Source of the DNA: Anaerolineae bacterium
Lineage (GTDB): Bacteria > Chloroflexota > Anaerolineae > Anaerolineales > E44-bin32
Direction: 5' to 3'
Assembly (NCBI GenBank): GCA_011192015.1
Contig: DUET01000064.1
Coordinates: 9,355-73,354, forward strand
DNA length: 64,000 nucleotides
Shown: positions 1 to 10,310 of the stretch, piece after piece
Position numbering within the stretch: position 1 is the first letter of the stretch
How the letters are laid out: the number at the start of each line of letters is the position of its first letter
Notes under the pieces: model-generated
Database searches by the model: none
The model's input: only the letters and a program-made list of their open reading frames with translations
What the model was told of the DNA's origin: nothing
Position numbers and translations under genes: made by a program

Positions 1-158
1 CCGCGCCAGACTTGGCGAAAAGCATGCTGTGCTTACGCTGCGCACCACCACTCCGCTCCATGGTACACAGGTTGCCCTCAACACACAATCCCCCCATCAG
101 TCGCTAATTCCCTCCGATCATGATACCCTTCTCCATTCCCTTGCAAGGAGGATGCATC

Positions 159-977
159 TTGAGCAGCAAGCGGCTTTCACCCCTTCGCAAACTGACTCGC
201 ATCCTGGGGTGGACGCGCTCGAGCTATTTCCTGATGAGCACGTTCTTCGCCACCATCGTGCTGATCGGCATCGTATGGTGGCCGATGGTTGCCGACTACG
301 TGGATTGGTACGATCCAAACTACCCCATCCTGCTGCAGTTCGATTGGCTCTTGTTGGGCATCTTCGCCGCCATGTCGCTGCTGATCATGGCCGGCGCTGA
401 TCTCAAGGCCGACTTCTGGATCGTGCTCGTGGGGCTGGTGGGCGGATTGGTGATCGAGAGCTGGGGAACGCAGACCAATCTGTGGTTTTACTTCACAAGG
501 GAACGCCCGCCGCTTTGGATCATTCCCGCCTGGCCGATCGCCAGCCTGTCCATCGATCGCATGGTGCGCATGCTCGATGGCCTGATTGGAGATCGGACCT
601 GGTTGACGAAGTTCAACAAGCGCGCCTACTGGGTCGTCTTCCCGCTCTTCCTCGCCCTGATGCTGTACTTCGTCTGGCCTACACGGGATAAGTCCCTGAC
701 CGTGATGGCCCTGATCCTGTGCTTCTTCCTCATACTGACCCCCACCAACATTCGCATGGCGTTACTCAACTTCGCAGCCGGTTCAGGATTGGGCTACTTC
801 CTCGAACTCTGGGGGACGACGCGCCGCTGCTGGACCTACTACACCTACCAAACCCCGCCGCTATTCGCCGTGCTGGCGCATGGCATGGCGGCGGTAGCCT
901 TCTGGCGCGTGGCCGAACTGGTCACCGTCTTCCGACCTCACCTGAAGCGCCTCCTCCTGCGCCCTCAGACCGATTGA
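159..977 (+). CDS. Multi-pass membrane protein with internal duplication (DUF2878/CruF-like)
   Basis: Hydrophobic ORF with repeated E-x-WG...W-x-Y...PP motifs (ESWGTQTNLWFYF..RPP and ELWGTTRRCWTYY..TPP). Likely TTG start at 159 after AGGAGG. Confidence 0.6.
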   Translation: MSSKRLSPLRKLTRILGWTRSSYFLMSTFFATIVLIGIVWWPMVADYVDWYDPNYPILLQFDWLLLGIFAAMSLLIMAGADLKADFWIVLVGLVGGLVIESWGTQTNLWFYFTRERPPLWIIPAWPIASLSIDRMVRMLDGLIGDRTWLTKFNKRAYWVVFPLFLALMLYFVWPTRDKSLTVMALILCFFLILTPTNIRMALLNFAAGSGLGYFLELWGTTRRCWTYYTYQTPPLFAVLAHGMAAVAFWRVAELVTVFRPHLKRLLLRPQTD

Positions 978-1004
978 CCTTCCCCGTACAGCAATACAAC
1001 AAGA

Positions 1005-1028
1005 GCCCCCGGGGATCCCCAGGGGGTC
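1005..1028 (-). terminator. GC-rich hairpin between convergent genes
   Basis: CCCCCGGGGATCCCCAGGGGG inverted repeat, followed by a T-rich run on the minus strand. Confidence 0.5.
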
Positions 1029-1082
1029 ATTCGTTGCAATGCATGCTTCGAGTCATCAACATCCAAGTTTGGTGTTCAACTC

Positions 1083-1412
1083 CTACTTGGGCGGCAGCGA
1101 CCGCGCGAAAGCCACTCCCTGCTGGACCCACGCTTCCAGATCGGCATCCTGCTCGACACCTTCCGGAGCCACCATCACCCAACCTCTCATCGCTCTGCCT
1201 GTGATGTCGAACGGCAGCGTGTAGGGCTTGTTCATGGCAGCGTCGTGTCCCTCTTTACCGACGCGGACGATGAGCATGTCCTTGTGGACTCCACACGCCA
1301 TGTTCCCTTGAAGCATGAAGCCCACACCCCCGAACATCTTCTTCTCGACCAGCCCGGCTTCTTCGGAAAGCACTTCGTGCACTCTTTGCGCCAAGCCTTC
1401 ATCATAGGCCAT
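1083..1412 (-). CDS. TfoX/Sxy N-terminal domain protein
   Basis: EKKMFGGVGFM...LIVRVG...MRGWVMV signature; GGAGG RBS. Confidence 0.85.
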   Translation of the reverse strand: MAYDEGLAQRVHEVLSEEAGLVEKKMFGGVGFMLQGNMACGVHKDMLIVRVGKEGHDAAMNKPYTLPFDITGRAMRGWVMVAPEGVEQDADLEAWVQQGVAFARSLPPK

Positions 1413-1446
1413 GTTACCCCTCCACGATCCAACACTCGGTCACTAC

Positions 1447-2934
1447 TTACTCGTTAAGGATGACCATTCTCCAGATCGCATCCAGCGCTTGCAGGGTGAG
1501 TAAGTTGCGCACCGGAATCCCATAGCTCAGGTTCTCAGAGGTGAAGTTGGCATTGTCCTGATCCGGCGCCATCGCAGGGTGCACACCATCCGAGCCGATT
1601 CCCTGGTTGGGAAGATCCTGCAGCGCGGCCCAGTAGTCCATCAATGGAATGCCATATTCCTGGGCAAGGTCGATCAGAACGCCGTTGAATGCCAGCACGC
1701 GTGACTCCATTCCAGACCAATGCAGCGGCGGAATGGTGCTCACCAGCGGGATGATGCCCTCTGCCAAGCTGATCTCAATGATCTCGCGCATCGCGGATTC
1801 ATACATCTCGATGGGCATGCCCGGCAGATCGTTCGTGCCCAACATGATCACGGCCACCGACGGGTTCACGAGCCGGTACTCACAGGCCAGCGGTGTTTCG
1901 CCTGGCTCGCATTTGTCAGGATCGCTCATCCTCGCATCGAGGACATGCAAGCTCGACCAACCGACCTCGGCCGCCAGGCTTGCATTGGCAAAGGAGGTAT
2001 GCGTCCGCGCCCATCCGGGAAAATAGTAGTCGATGACGCCCTGCAGATAGGCATACTCGTGCAGTTCATAGCGGCGCGTGCCCAAGGGATATAGATAGCC
2101 CGGATTGACCGTGATGCTGTCGCCAACCTTGGAGAAGGCATTGTCGTCGTTCCCGAGACTCAGCCCGAGCTGGTATACCTCGCGCAGGCTTTCGGAAACT
2201 CCGGAGACGTAGGCGTAGCTGCTCGGCGGCGTGGGAACGGGAGTCGTCGTCCCATCTCCCGAGCCTGGATCTTCGTGGTCCGGGACGTCGATCTGGAAGA
2301 CGAGCGGGATCTCCGGCAGATCGATGTAGATGTCCAACCATTCGGCGCTGACCCATCCCCACTCCGTGAACGGTGTGCGCACTTCCATCCACTCGTTGTC
2401 GGAGGTGCGACCGGTGATCGTAAGCGGGGTCAGGGCGGCCAGGGTCCCGATCACGTCCGCGTCCAGATTCGGCGCTGTCCGCAATCTGAGACCTCCCCCA
2501 GCATAGATCACCTGCCCCGTGTAGGCCCATTCCGATTCCGGCAGGCTCTCGGCTGGAGAATCCCCCTCAGGAACCAGGATCACGTCTCCCGGTGCGATCA
2601 TGCCGCCTTGAGCCATGTCCGGATTGGCCTGCACGATACTTTCGACGCTCGTGTTGAAACGCCGGGCGATGTCCCACAGCGTGTCGCCGGATTGGACGGT
2701 GTAGGAGAGGGGAGGCGGTTCGGTCGGGGTTGGACTGGGTATGGGTGACGGCGTTCTGCTGGGAATCGTCGTGGGAGGTGCGGTTCCTTGGGGAACGGTC
2801 GTGCTTTCGTCCCCATCCGAGTGCATCAAGGAGGGGAAAAGGTCGCCTCGCAGCGAATACACCAAAACAAAGTTGGCGATGCATAACACGCCGATGGCGA
2901 TGATCATGCCCGTTTGCAGCTTGCGCCTTTGCAT
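1447..2934 (-). CDS. Membrane-anchored LysM + SH3 + SGNH/GDSL hydrolase
   Basis: N-terminal TM helix and Pro/Thr linker; LysM (YTVQSGDTLWDIARRF); SH3b (LRLRTAPN..GWVSAEWL); SGNH blocks GDSIT, GTND, DGVH. Confidence 0.8.
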   Translation of the reverse strand: MQRRKLQTGMIIAIGVLCIANFVLVYSLRGDLFPSLMHSDGDESTTVPQGTAPPTTIPSRTPSPIPSPTPTEPPPLSYTVQSGDTLWDIARRFNTSVESIVQANPDMAQGGMIAPGDVILVPEGDSPAESLPESEWAYTGQVIYAGGGLRLRTAPNLDADVIGTLAALTPLTITGRTSDNEWMEVRTPFTEWGWVSAEWLDIYIDLPEIPLVFQIDVPDHEDPGSGDGTTTPVPTPPSSYAYVSGVSESLREVYQLGLSLGNDDNAFSKVGDSITVNPGYLYPLGTRRYELHEYAYLQGVIDYYFPGWARTHTSFANASLAAEVGWSSLHVLDARMSDPDKCEPGETPLACEYRLVNPSVAVIMLGTNDLPGMPIEMYESAMREIIEISLAEGIIPLVSTIPPLHWSGMESRVLAFNGVLIDLAQEYGIPLMDYWAALQDLPNQGIGSDGVHPAMAPDQDNANFTSENLSYGIPVRNLLTLQALDAIWRMVILNE

Positions 2935-3019
2935 GCCCACGATCCTCAATCGTGCGGGATAAAAGCATCGCCAAGTGTACTACAGGCAGCTTAGCGACAA
3001 CACAAATAAGGATGTGAAT

Positions 3020-4132
3020 TCACGGACAAATCCGCTGTGCCTTGAAGAACCAGCCCGGGTGATGGCCCACGGGCGTGTCATGCAGGGTGAGTTCCCAGAC
3101 GATCTCCTTTTCGGGGGTTACTTCGAAGACCACCGCTTCGTCACGATCCTCGAGCACGCCCACGATCAGCGTGTTCCCGTTGGGCAGGCGATCGGCGTCG
3201 CGGCAGGTCCTGAAATCGTCACGATGATACTCCCAGATCGACTGGTCTGCGGCACGGTCGATCTCTACCACCTGATAGGGCGCTTCCCACTGCAGGCACA
3301 CCAGCACATGTCCATCCGGAAGCAGTTCCGGTTCATGAGGATCCAAACCTCGAGGGTCGTCAGTTTCGTAAAGGTCGGTCCAGTCGATCTGCCAGACCAC
3401 ATTGCCCTGCACATCCAATTCCACCGTGAGTCCGAAATTGCGCAGGCTGACCAGGGTATTGCCGTCGCGGATCCGGGTCACGCTATTGATGTGCGTCCAT
3501 CCCTGGCGATCGATCGAAACGTAGGGCGCCGAGTTGAAGTGGTCCTGCGCCCTCCACGACCAAACGAGATTCCCACTCGGATCGACCTGCTTCACCTGGA
3601 CGTCGTCCCGCTTGTCGCCGTTGCCGAAGACATACAGCGTGTCGCCGCTGGGCAGCCGATCGGCATCGTGCGATACCTGCGGATCGGTATGCGACCACAC
3701 GATCGTTCCCATGCGGTCGATCTCATACACGCCCGAGCTGGAAAGCGTGAAGAGGATGTTGCCGTTGTCCAGTAGCTCCGCATCCAATCCTACAGGTGCG
3801 CCATGGACCAGTTCTTGGGGAATGCTGTATTGCCACACGATCTCGCCCGCCATGTCCACTTCGAATAAGCGCATCCGCTTATCATCGTGGACATCCGAGA
3901 GCAGCGTGGTTCCATTGCATGCCAGGGCAGGATCGTAGACACGCACACAGGGTTCACCGGTGATGCAAACACGCTGCAAATTCGCCGTTGCCTGCGGAGG
4001 CGAGGATGAGGTGGATGGCATCGGAGTTCGTGTCGGAGGTCTTTCAAGCAGAGGGGTTGGTCCAGGACCACATCCCTCGAGGATGCCAACGCATACGATC
4101 ATGACGAACGGCAGCAATTTGGCTGGCGACAT
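3020..4132 (-). CDS. Aryl-sulfotransferase-like beta-propeller lipoprotein
   Basis: Lipobox LEGC; repeated G-x-IVW blades; HDAD, HINS and HEPE motifs. Confidence 0.7.
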   Translation of the reverse strand: MSPAKLLPFVMIVCVGILEGCGPGPTPLLERPPTRTPMPSTSSSPPQATANLQRVCITGEPCVRVYDPALACNGTTLLSDVHDDKRMRLFEVDMAGEIVWQYSIPQELVHGAPVGLDAELLDNGNILFTLSSSGVYEIDRMGTIVWSHTDPQVSHDADRLPSGDTLYVFGNGDKRDDVQVKQVDPSGNLVWSWRAQDHFNSAPYVSIDRQGWTHINSVTRIRDGNTLVSLRNFGLTVELDVQGNVVWQIDWTDLYETDDPRGLDPHEPELLPDGHVLVCLQWEAPYQVVEIDRAADQSIWEYHRDDFRTCRDADRLPNGNTLIVGVLEDRDEAVVFEVTPEKEIVWELTLHDTPVGHHPGWFFKAQRICP

Positions 4133-4182
4133 AGCGTCATCTCCATAGGATTCTCACACCTTGGTTGGGCATAGCTCTCTGC

Positions 4183-6408
4183 TTAACGCTGCGGAATCCC
4201 CCACAGCCAAACCTCACCATCCAATCCACCCAACGCCAATACGCGCCCATCCGGTGAGAAGGCCACACTGTAGATCGGGCTTATGTCCCCACCTACCCAA
4301 TGGTCATGAAGAGGGAACTCCACAGCTAATGGCTCCAATCGTTTGAGAAAGGCGCCATCGGGAACCGACCAGAGCGACAATCCGTCTGGATAACCGCTGC
4401 CCGCCAAGATGTCCCCCATGGAAGAGAAGGCAAGCGCAGCGGCTTGCTCCAGGCTGAACTGCTGCTCCATTCCTTGCGGTAGGGGTATCTGTCCCGGACC
4501 CGGAGGTGAGGAAAAGGCGGAAGTTGGAACCGGTTCGACCTCCGTTGGAGTCCCCCCCAACGTTGAGATCAAGGTGCCGTCTGTGGTCTGCCACAAACGG
4601 ACGGTTCCATGTTGATCCAAGGATGCCAGTGCCGTATCACCGGGCATGAACCGCATCCCTGTCAACCATTCCAACGCATCGATCTCGACCAGTTGCCGTG
4701 CGCTGCTCACGTCATAGATTCGGATCGTGGACGTGTTGTAATCCTCGCTGAAAAACGCTGCTACTTGCTCTCCATCGGAGGAGAACGCCAGCAGAGGCGA
4801 AACCTGTTGGCTGTTGAACATACGGATAGGAGTACCACCGGTCTCTACCTGCCAAAGCGCTGTGATGAAGGGTGTATCCGGAATCAGCACAACCCCGCCT
4901 GCGGCCACGTATTCCTGATTCGGCGATAGGGCAGGTCCCATGATGCCGGATTCCCCGCGCATTGTATGCAGCAGGGAACCATTCGACACGGACCAAGAAC
5001 GCACGCAGGCGTTGGCATGCAGGCTGTACACCTGCGAGCCATCCGGGGCGAAATCCACGGAAACTAAATGCTCGCCTATTGCACCCCATGTTCCACAATC
5101 GTCCTCGGTAGTGGGCGGGGGGAAGGCGTGGACAATGCTGCCATCTCGCAACCGCCAAAGCCAAACCGATCCTTCCGCAAAGCCCACGGCCATCAACTCC
5201 CCATCGGGGGAAAAGGCAATGCTGTGGGCCGCAGCACCATGCGCAGTCCAGACACGCTGCGTGATGGAGGCTAGATCCCAGATGACGATCGTGGTCTCGT
5301 GCCATGAACTCGCGGTGTTCACCACTGTCGCCAGGCTACACCCGTCCGGAGAGAAAGCCGCGTTGATTAAAGAATCTCCAAGCTGCTCGATCTCCCGGTA
5401 GATCTCGCCCGTAGACGGGTATGCAAAATTCAAGTAGACCCTTGCAGGCCACTCCGGAGAACCTACCAACAAGACCGAACCATCAGGAGAAAAGGCCAGA
5501 TCATCGTAGCAGTCTTCTATCGTGTAGCGCAGTTCCCCTGTTTGCGCGTCCCATGCTCGGGCATCCCCCCCGCAACTGGCGACCGTATTGCCATCAGGCG
5601 AGAACGCCACTCGCGACACCGCGTAATCATGCTCCTTGCTCCACAGAACCGCTCCATCATCCACCGCGTACAGCGCAACCTCTCCGCTTTCCGAGCCCAC
5701 CACGAGGGTCTCATCATCCGGTGAAAAGGACATGCTTTGAATGTCGCCGTGATCGCTCTCTCTCGACCACAGCAACTCGCCGGAGTTGACATCCCATGTA
5801 TGAATTCCTCCACCCCGGAAGCCTGCCGCCAGCAATAGCCCTTGGTTCGAAATGGCTACACTCTGGGTGGGGTAGGGAAAATCATCCCAGGCTGGCTCGA
5901 AGATTCTTCCGGATCCACCTCCCTCCATCGGAACAACTTGCACGGTGCCGTTCTCCATACCCAGAACGATGGACAACCCATCGGGAGCGAAGGCGGCACA
6001 ACGAATTTGCATGGAGGTGGGTTCGAAACTTTTAAGAGCCAAAGTTTCGGGATCATAGAAGTAAATCCCCATCGGGGAGATCACTGCCAGCCGGGAACCA
6101 TCCGGTGCATACAACACCTGCATCGCTGGGCCCTTGCTGAAAACTGCCAACTGCGTGATTTCATCCAGGTTCCCCACTTCGATGCTCCCGCCAATCGGCG
6201 GCACAGGGGTGCCGGAAAGAACAGGATAGGGAGGGATCGACGTAGGGGATGGCGTGAGTGAGATCGCGGCTGTCGGCAGGAGGGTTGGCGGATGAGTGGT
6301 ATCGGACGGCGTCACGACAGGCGCAGCCGAAGGTGGCCCACAGGATGTTAGCAGCATGGCCAGAAACCATCCTGCACCAGCGAGAATCGCTTTGCGGTTC
6401 TGCATCAT
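4183..6408 (-). CDS. WD40-repeat lipoprotein
   Basis: Lipobox LTSC; more than 10 'AFSPDG...W' repeats. Confidence 0.85.
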   Translation of the reverse strand: MMQNRKAILAGAGWFLAMLLTSCGPPSAAPVVTPSDTTHPPTLLPTAAISLTPSPTSIPPYPVLSGTPVPPIGGSIEVGNLDEITQLAVFSKGPAMQVLYAPDGSRLAVISPMGIYFYDPETLALKSFEPTSMQIRCAAFAPDGLSIVLGMENGTVQVVPMEGGGSGRIFEPAWDDFPYPTQSVAISNQGLLLAAGFRGGGIHTWDVNSGELLWSRESDHGDIQSMSFSPDDETLVVGSESGEVALYAVDDGAVLWSKEHDYAVSRVAFSPDGNTVASCGGDARAWDAQTGELRYTIEDCYDDLAFSPDGSVLLVGSPEWPARVYLNFAYPSTGEIYREIEQLGDSLINAAFSPDGCSLATVVNTASSWHETTIVIWDLASITQRVWTAHGAAAHSIAFSPDGELMAVGFAEGSVWLWRLRDGSIVHAFPPPTTEDDCGTWGAIGEHLVSVDFAPDGSQVYSLHANACVRSWSVSNGSLLHTMRGESGIMGPALSPNQEYVAAGGVVLIPDTPFITALWQVETGGTPIRMFNSQQVSPLLAFSSDGEQVAAFFSEDYNTSTIRIYDVSSARQLVEIDALEWLTGMRFMPGDTALASLDQHGTVRLWQTTDGTLISTLGGTPTEVEPVPTSAFSSPPGPGQIPLPQGMEQQFSLEQAAALAFSSMGDILAGSGYPDGLSLWSVPDGAFLKRLEPLAVEFPLHDHWVGGDISPIYSVAFSPDGRVLALGGLDGEVWLWGIPQR

Positions 6409-6667
6409 GATGCCCCTAATTCGCGGACTCGAACAGTGTACAACCGGATAAAAACTACTTCAAGGAACGTTTGTTGGCATGATCCTAAGAAACCATGGAA
6501 TGGAAAATACCCGCTCGATGGCTCAACAGTTTCTGGGGGAAAAGCTCGAATCACTAAACGTTGCAGCATGGTGGTTGATCAAATGGCGGAGACCATCCGG
6601 ATGAAGGAAGATATCTCGTCCTTGAGCATCGCCTCCGTATGGAGGATCGGGTGGTCCGCTGGGAGAA

Positions 6668-9367
6668 TTACCCCTCCCGCAATCTCGGATTGAGGATCCG
6701 ATCCAGGGCAAAGCCGATCATCGCGAAGGCAAATCCCGTCAGCAGCAGCAGGAAGATGGGGCCCAGCACGTAGTAGCGCGATCCCCAACTGGCACCGTAC
6801 TTCAATGCCTGGAAGATGACCTTGCCCCATGTCGGATACATGGATTTGATGTTGAACAAACCCAGTGTCGCCTCGAGAAAGACGAAGGCGGGGATCAAGG
6901 CCACGAGCTGCGGGATAAGCACGGGAACGATGCGTGGCATCATGTAGCGCAGGATGATGCCCCAATTGCTGACGCCGTAGGCCTGCGCGGCCTCGATGTA
7001 GGGTTCCTCTTTGATCTGCAGGAAGGCCGCGCGAAAGGCCTTCGTCGGACTGCTGAAGACGTTCAAGATGACGATGATCGCCAGGATGGTCCAGAGGCTG
7101 ACGTTGAAGATGGCATAGAACAACACCGCCAGCGCCAGGATGGGCAGGATCATGTTGGCCTCGGTGATGCGCTGGATGAGGGCATCCACCCAGCCCCCGA
7201 ACCAGACTCCCGCTGCGGCGATGACCATCGAGGCCGTGGTAGTCAGGAGTGCTCCGAAGAGCCCGATCGCCAGGGCGAATGGCATGCCCCACAGCAGCGG
7301 AATCACCAGATCGCGACGCATGTAATCAGTACCCGCGATTCCATAAACCTGACCCAGCATCACCAATTCGGCGTTGATATCCGAATCGTCTTCAAAGACT
7401 AGACCCTCGATCCGAAGTTGGTAGGTCCCTTGGACAGGCACCATCGACTCGCTGGTTGGATCGGTGAACAAAGCTGCCAGATCGGGATTCCCCAGTCCAA
7501 TTTGGTCAGAAACATAACTCGTGTCGCCCAAGAAGGGATTGGGTCTCGGCTGACCGGGTATGTAATCTGCGAGATCCACTCTCATTGTAGCCGGGAGGGA
7601 AAGCGCTTTGAGCTCGATCTCCCGCCCATCGGGCGTGATCCAGGTCATGAATGCGAAGGGGCGCTTGATGTTGTAGGTAGGGGTGAAATCGATGAGGAAT
7701 TCCTCGGGGAGAGCGCCGTAGGGATAATCGAAGGTAAACGCGATCGATACGCTTGAGGTCCCATTCGATCCCGGTTCGATGGTCTTGAGTACGCCCTCAT
7801 CTTGCGCCTTGAGAATCAGGGTCGACAGTAAATCGTCCTTCCGCAGCAAGTTGAGCCATCCTGGCTGCGCTAATTTCGGAACGGAGTACATGCCTCCCAA
7901 TCCCTCGGTGTACCAAAGCTCGCCCACCTCCAGATAGGGCAGCGCAACCACGGCGTAGATCGAACCAAAGATGAGGAGGGCAATGATGATCAGGCCCATC
8001 ACGGCCGAGGGATACCCCACCAGTTCCCGCAGAACACGCCTCAATGCCTCCCATTGAGTCTTTAACGATTCCCAACGCAAGGAGGAATCCTTCAGATTGC
8101 GCTCCACCTCGGAGTCTGTGAGCGCTTCCCGAGACTTCAGGATTGGCTTGGGCTGCTTCCTCCTCTTCCAGCGCTTTCTGAGGGCAGCAAGCCAGGATTC
8201 TTTTCGGACGGCTCGCAAGGCCTTGTCCTGGCTGCCCACCCGTACGCGCGGATCCACGATGGCATAAACCACATCCAAGAGAAGTACGGTGAAGCCCAGC
8301 AGATAGGCAAAGACGACCACGATGGCCAGCGTGATGATCATCTCTCCGGGGAACATACCTTCTCCCCAGAAATGGGGAAGGGATTGGATGTACAGGTTCC
8401 CGATTCCGGGCCAGTCGAAGATGATCTCCAGGGCTGTGGTCGTCTGCCAGAAGCTGACCAACGTGAGGGCGAAGCTCGTGATCACGTAGGGGAAGGAGGG
8501 GCGCAGGATGTATTTCCGATTGATAGCTTTCTTCGTCAGCCCTTTCGCCTGGGCTAATTCCACGTAGTCTTCCTTGGCGAAGATCAGAAAGAACGTTCGC
8601 CAGGTGTAGATCAATTGGAACAATAAACTGATCACGATGGCCGAAACCGGCAGGATCAAGTGCTTGGCTACAACCGCAATATAGCCGATGGTAGTTTCGG
8701 GGGGAAAGGTATCGAACATCCTGCCAAATGGAAGGAGCCGCAATTCCAAAGCGAATATAAAAATCAGCAGGATGCCGATGGCCCAACTGGGAACTGAGGA
8801 CAGCGGCGCCAGAAAGGAGAAAAATCGATCCAACCAATCGCCATGCTTTTGAGAAAGTGAAAGCGCCAGGGGGATGCCGATCAAGAAGATCAGCAGGTAA
8901 GCCGTGCCTACCAGGAGAAGGGTATGGCGAAGATGATAGAAGACGACAAATCCGGTTTCGTTCTTAACCCCACTGCTAACTTGCCCTCCGATGGGTGTGG
9001 ACATCGTGATGATCTGAAGTTCTCCCCAATCGAGGGTCAGGGCATTGTACGTCCAGCGGAGATGCCTTGGCATGAAGGGAAGATCCGCGCCCATGTCCTC
9101 GGTCATCTCCTGAGCTAAACGTTGATAGGCTTGCTTCTGTTCGTCGGTGTTGGGTCTGCCGTAGCGATAGGATTGCGAACGTGCTTGACGGTCGATCTTC
9201 TGCTGAACGTTCTGATCGATCTGGCCGGTTACATTCGTCAGCAGCACGGCAACGAAGACGCCCAAAATGATCGTGATCAGGATCGTCACGATTCTTCGGA
9301 GAAAATACCAGAAGATTCTCCAAGCTGATTGCAGGGTTGAGCGCAGGGATCGGTGGGGAACTTCCAT
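6668..9367 (-). CDS. Fused ABC peptide/nickel transporter permease (DppB+DppC)
   Basis: Two permease halves, each with an EAA-like loop (EDYVELAQAKGL; EPYIEAAQAYGV); GTDYMRRD motif of DppC. Confidence 0.85.
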   Translation of the reverse strand: MEVPHRSLRSTLQSAWRIFWYFLRRIVTILITIILGVFVAVLLTNVTGQIDQNVQQKIDRQARSQSYRYGRPNTDEQKQAYQRLAQEMTEDMGADLPFMPRHLRWTYNALTLDWGELQIITMSTPIGGQVSSGVKNETGFVVFYHLRHTLLLVGTAYLLIFLIGIPLALSLSQKHGDWLDRFFSFLAPLSSVPSWAIGILLIFIFALELRLLPFGRMFDTFPPETTIGYIAVVAKHLILPVSAIVISLLFQLIYTWRTFFLIFAKEDYVELAQAKGLTKKAINRKYILRPSFPYVITSFALTLVSFWQTTTALEIIFDWPGIGNLYIQSLPHFWGEGMFPGEMIITLAIVVVFAYLLGFTVLLLDVVYAIVDPRVRVGSQDKALRAVRKESWLAALRKRWKRRKQPKPILKSREALTDSEVERNLKDSSLRWESLKTQWEALRRVLRELVGYPSAVMGLIIIALLIFGSIYAVVALPYLEVGELWYTEGLGGMYSVPKLAQPGWLNLLRKDDLLSTLILKAQDEGVLKTIEPGSNGTSSVSIAFTFDYPYGALPEEFLIDFTPTYNIKRPFAFMTWITPDGREIELKALSLPATMRVDLADYIPGQPRPNPFLGDTSYVSDQIGLGNPDLAALFTDPTSESMVPVQGTYQLRIEGLVFEDDSDINAELVMLGQVYGIAGTDYMRRDLVIPLLWGMPFALAIGLFGALLTTTASMVIAAAGVWFGGWVDALIQRITEANMILPILALAVLFYAIFNVSLWTILAIIVILNVFSSPTKAFRAAFLQIKEEPYIEAAQAYGVSNWGIILRYMMPRIVPVLIPQLVALIPAFVFLEATLGLFNIKSMYPTWGKVIFQALKYGASWGSRYYVLGPIFLLLLTGFAFAMIGFALDRILNPRLREG

Positions 9368-9610
9368 GGGAATCCTTATCCTATAAGAACATTATGGAAA
9401 GTGACGATGTGGGTATTGCTAATACCACCCGAAACGTATCTCGGTTCGTATCCGAAGTCGCGATGCGAATGTGATCGGTCTCGTTACCGGTGATTCTGCC
9501 TCATTTAATGACGCCAGCCGCCTGTTCGTACTCTAGTATGACAGAGGTTTCCACGTCTGGAAACCTGTCTCGAGATATGACTCCATCCATGGAAAACACG
9601 CGTGCGAAAG

Positions 9611-9636
9611 GGAACAGACTCTCCCCAGAAAACGTC
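9611..9636 (+). promoter_or_regulatory. Putative ECF sigma promoter
   Basis: GGAAC-N17-CGTC upstream of the META lipoprotein RBS. Confidence 0.4.
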
Positions 9637-9672
9637 CTTTGCTTGAGATGACTAAGGAGAGAACCTAAACCT

Positions 9673-10128
9673 ATGCAAACCAAACACATTCTGCTTATAA
9701 GTTCATTTCTTCTACTTGCCGCGCTATCGAGCTGTACTGTGACCGAAAGTCCTACCGTTGAGGGTCCAACCGATCAGGTGGGCTCTGAGCTGATCCTGGA
9801 GGGTACGTCCTGGGACCTCTTCGCGGTCCGGAAGTCCACCATCATCGAAGGCACGCAATTCACGCTGGCCTTCGAGGGCGGACAGGTGAACGGGAACGCT
9901 GGATGCAACAGCTTCTTCGGAACCTATGCCATTGAGGGAGCCCAAATCGGCTTCTCCGGCATCGGGATGACGGAGATGGCCTGCCTGGAGCCCGAGGGCT
10001 TGATGGAGCAGGAGCAATACCTGTTGGAATTCCTCGGCGAAATCATGCGGTACGAGTTGGACGAGCGGCAGTTGATTCTCTTCCGTGCGGATAGGGAAGC
10101 GCTGGGCTTCAACGCTGCTTCAGAGTAA
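9673..10128 (+). CDS. META domain (HslJ-like) lipoprotein
   Basis: Lipobox LSSC; GNAGCNSFFGTY and MTEMAC motifs. Confidence 0.85.
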   Translation: MQTKHILLISSFLLLAALSSCTVTESPTVEGPTDQVGSELILEGTSWDLFAVRKSTIIEGTQFTLAFEGGQVNGNAGCNSFFGTYAIEGAQIGFSGIGMTEMACLEPEGLMEQEQYLLEFLGEIMRYELDERQLILFRADREALGFNAASE

Positions 10129-10310
10129 CTACAATTCCGGATACCCATATAGCCCCCTCAGCCCTGAGGCGCAAGCGGGGTTATACCATTCCGCGATCGG
10201 GAATGGATCTTGCCGGTCGGAAGTCTATGACAGTGGATGTCCGGTGCAGGGCTTTGCGCGCATCCCATTCGCTTCGGAAACGGATCGGCGCGCTCCGTTG
10301 ACCGCAGTCT

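Noticed and set aside
1083-1412. TfoX as a competence regulator linked to the Tad pilus
   Set aside because: Stand-alone TfoX-N proteins are widespread without competence roles, and the gene is 30 kb from tad.
6430-6441. LexA-like GAAC-AGT-GTAC upstream of the WD40 gene
   Set aside because: Spacer is 3 nt rather than 4; it overlaps a plain sigma70 -10.
10240-10300. c-di-GMP-I riboswitch-like words (GGGA..GCAAAGCC) on the minus strand
   Set aside because: Core GCAAAC/GAAA spacing is not matched, and it lies between convergent genes with nothing to regulate.
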